Positions 63,730 through 64,000 of a stretch of DNA of 64,000 nt are shown here, one piece after another. Position numbers and translations under genes: made by a program. The stretch is taken from positions 5,979-69,978 of the forward strand of contig JAWBMD010000003.1 of NCBI GenBank assembly GCA_039000985.1. Direction: 5' to 3'. The notes under the pieces were generated by a model. It saw nothing but the letters and a program-made list of their open reading frames with translations. It searched no databases and was not told where the DNA came from. This stretch comes from Candidatus Aenigmatarchaeota archaeon. Lineage in GTDB: Archaea > Aenigmatarchaeota > Aenigmatarchaeia > CG10238-14 > SpSt-28. Each line of letters begins with the position of its first letter. Position 1 is the first letter of the stretch.

Positions 63730-64000
63730 ATGAAAATAATTGAAGAAGTAAAAAACGCATTAGGAGAAAGTAATATAGATAGAATAGAATTAGAAGGTAG
63801 TGAGATAATAGTCTATGTAAAAAATAAAGAAATTTTTCTTAATCAAGAAAATTTTGTTAAAGATATAGTTAATAAAATAAAAAGAAGAATTGAAATAAGA
63901 GTTATTAGAGATTTGCTTATTGAAGAAGAAAAAGCTAAAAATAAAATTTTAGAGTTAGTTCCACAAGAGGCTAATGTTAGAGAGATTTATTTTGATAAAG
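63730..64000 (+). CDS. aCPSF1/FttA-like beta-CASP ribonuclease, N-terminal KH region only (runs off the right edge)
   Basis: MKIIEEVKNALGESNIDRIELEGSEIIVYVKN... resembles the N-terminal KH domains of archaeal CPSF1. Partial. Confidence 0.6.
   Translation, partial: MKIIEEVKNALGESNIDRIELEGSEIIVYVKNKEIFLNQENFVKDIVNKIKRRIEIRVIRDLLIEEEKAKNKILELVPQEANVREIYFDK

Overview
Very AT-rich, gene-dense archaeal chromosome segment. Only the RNA genes are visibly GC-rich, and many gene pairs have 1-4 nt start/stop overlaps. Gene content: split rpoB plus rpoH and rpoL, class I LysRS, ArgRS, topoisomerase VI, Kae1, SMC-ScpA, SepF, Lhr, exosome Rrp4/41/42 + SBDS + proteasome alpha/beta + aCPSF1, two PAC2 chaperones, six tRNAs (three with introns), and unlinked 16S and 5S rRNA genes. 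This suggests a small-genome, probably DPANN-type archaeon (inference). Main observations: (1) The 16S rRNA gene is about 2.75 kb because at least seven insertions interrupt it. The largest (about 820 nt) carries an HTH ORF and a PD-(D/E)XK (Vsr/DUF559-like) nuclease ORF instead of a LAGLIDADG gene. The 16S 3' end has no CCUCC anti-Shine-Dalgarno. (2) SMC carries a 183-aa mini-intein in its Walker A loop, and two tandem uncharacterised paralogs are translationally coupled upstream of smc-scpA. (3) A six-gene operon encodes tiny membrane proteins and Cys-rich anchored proteins with pilin-like N-termini. (4) An accessory stretch next to tRNA-Lys (about 5.8-12.3 kb) holds a copper-handling cluster, decayed ORFs, toxin-antitoxin remnants and 25-bp imperfect inverted repeats. 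(5) tRNA-Lys appears to need two introns removed. (6) Several ORFs are interrupted by single in-frame TGA codons, one at a conserved Trp position of a Nudix gene. All calls are hand-made from the sequence and the ORF track; no searches or folding programs were run.
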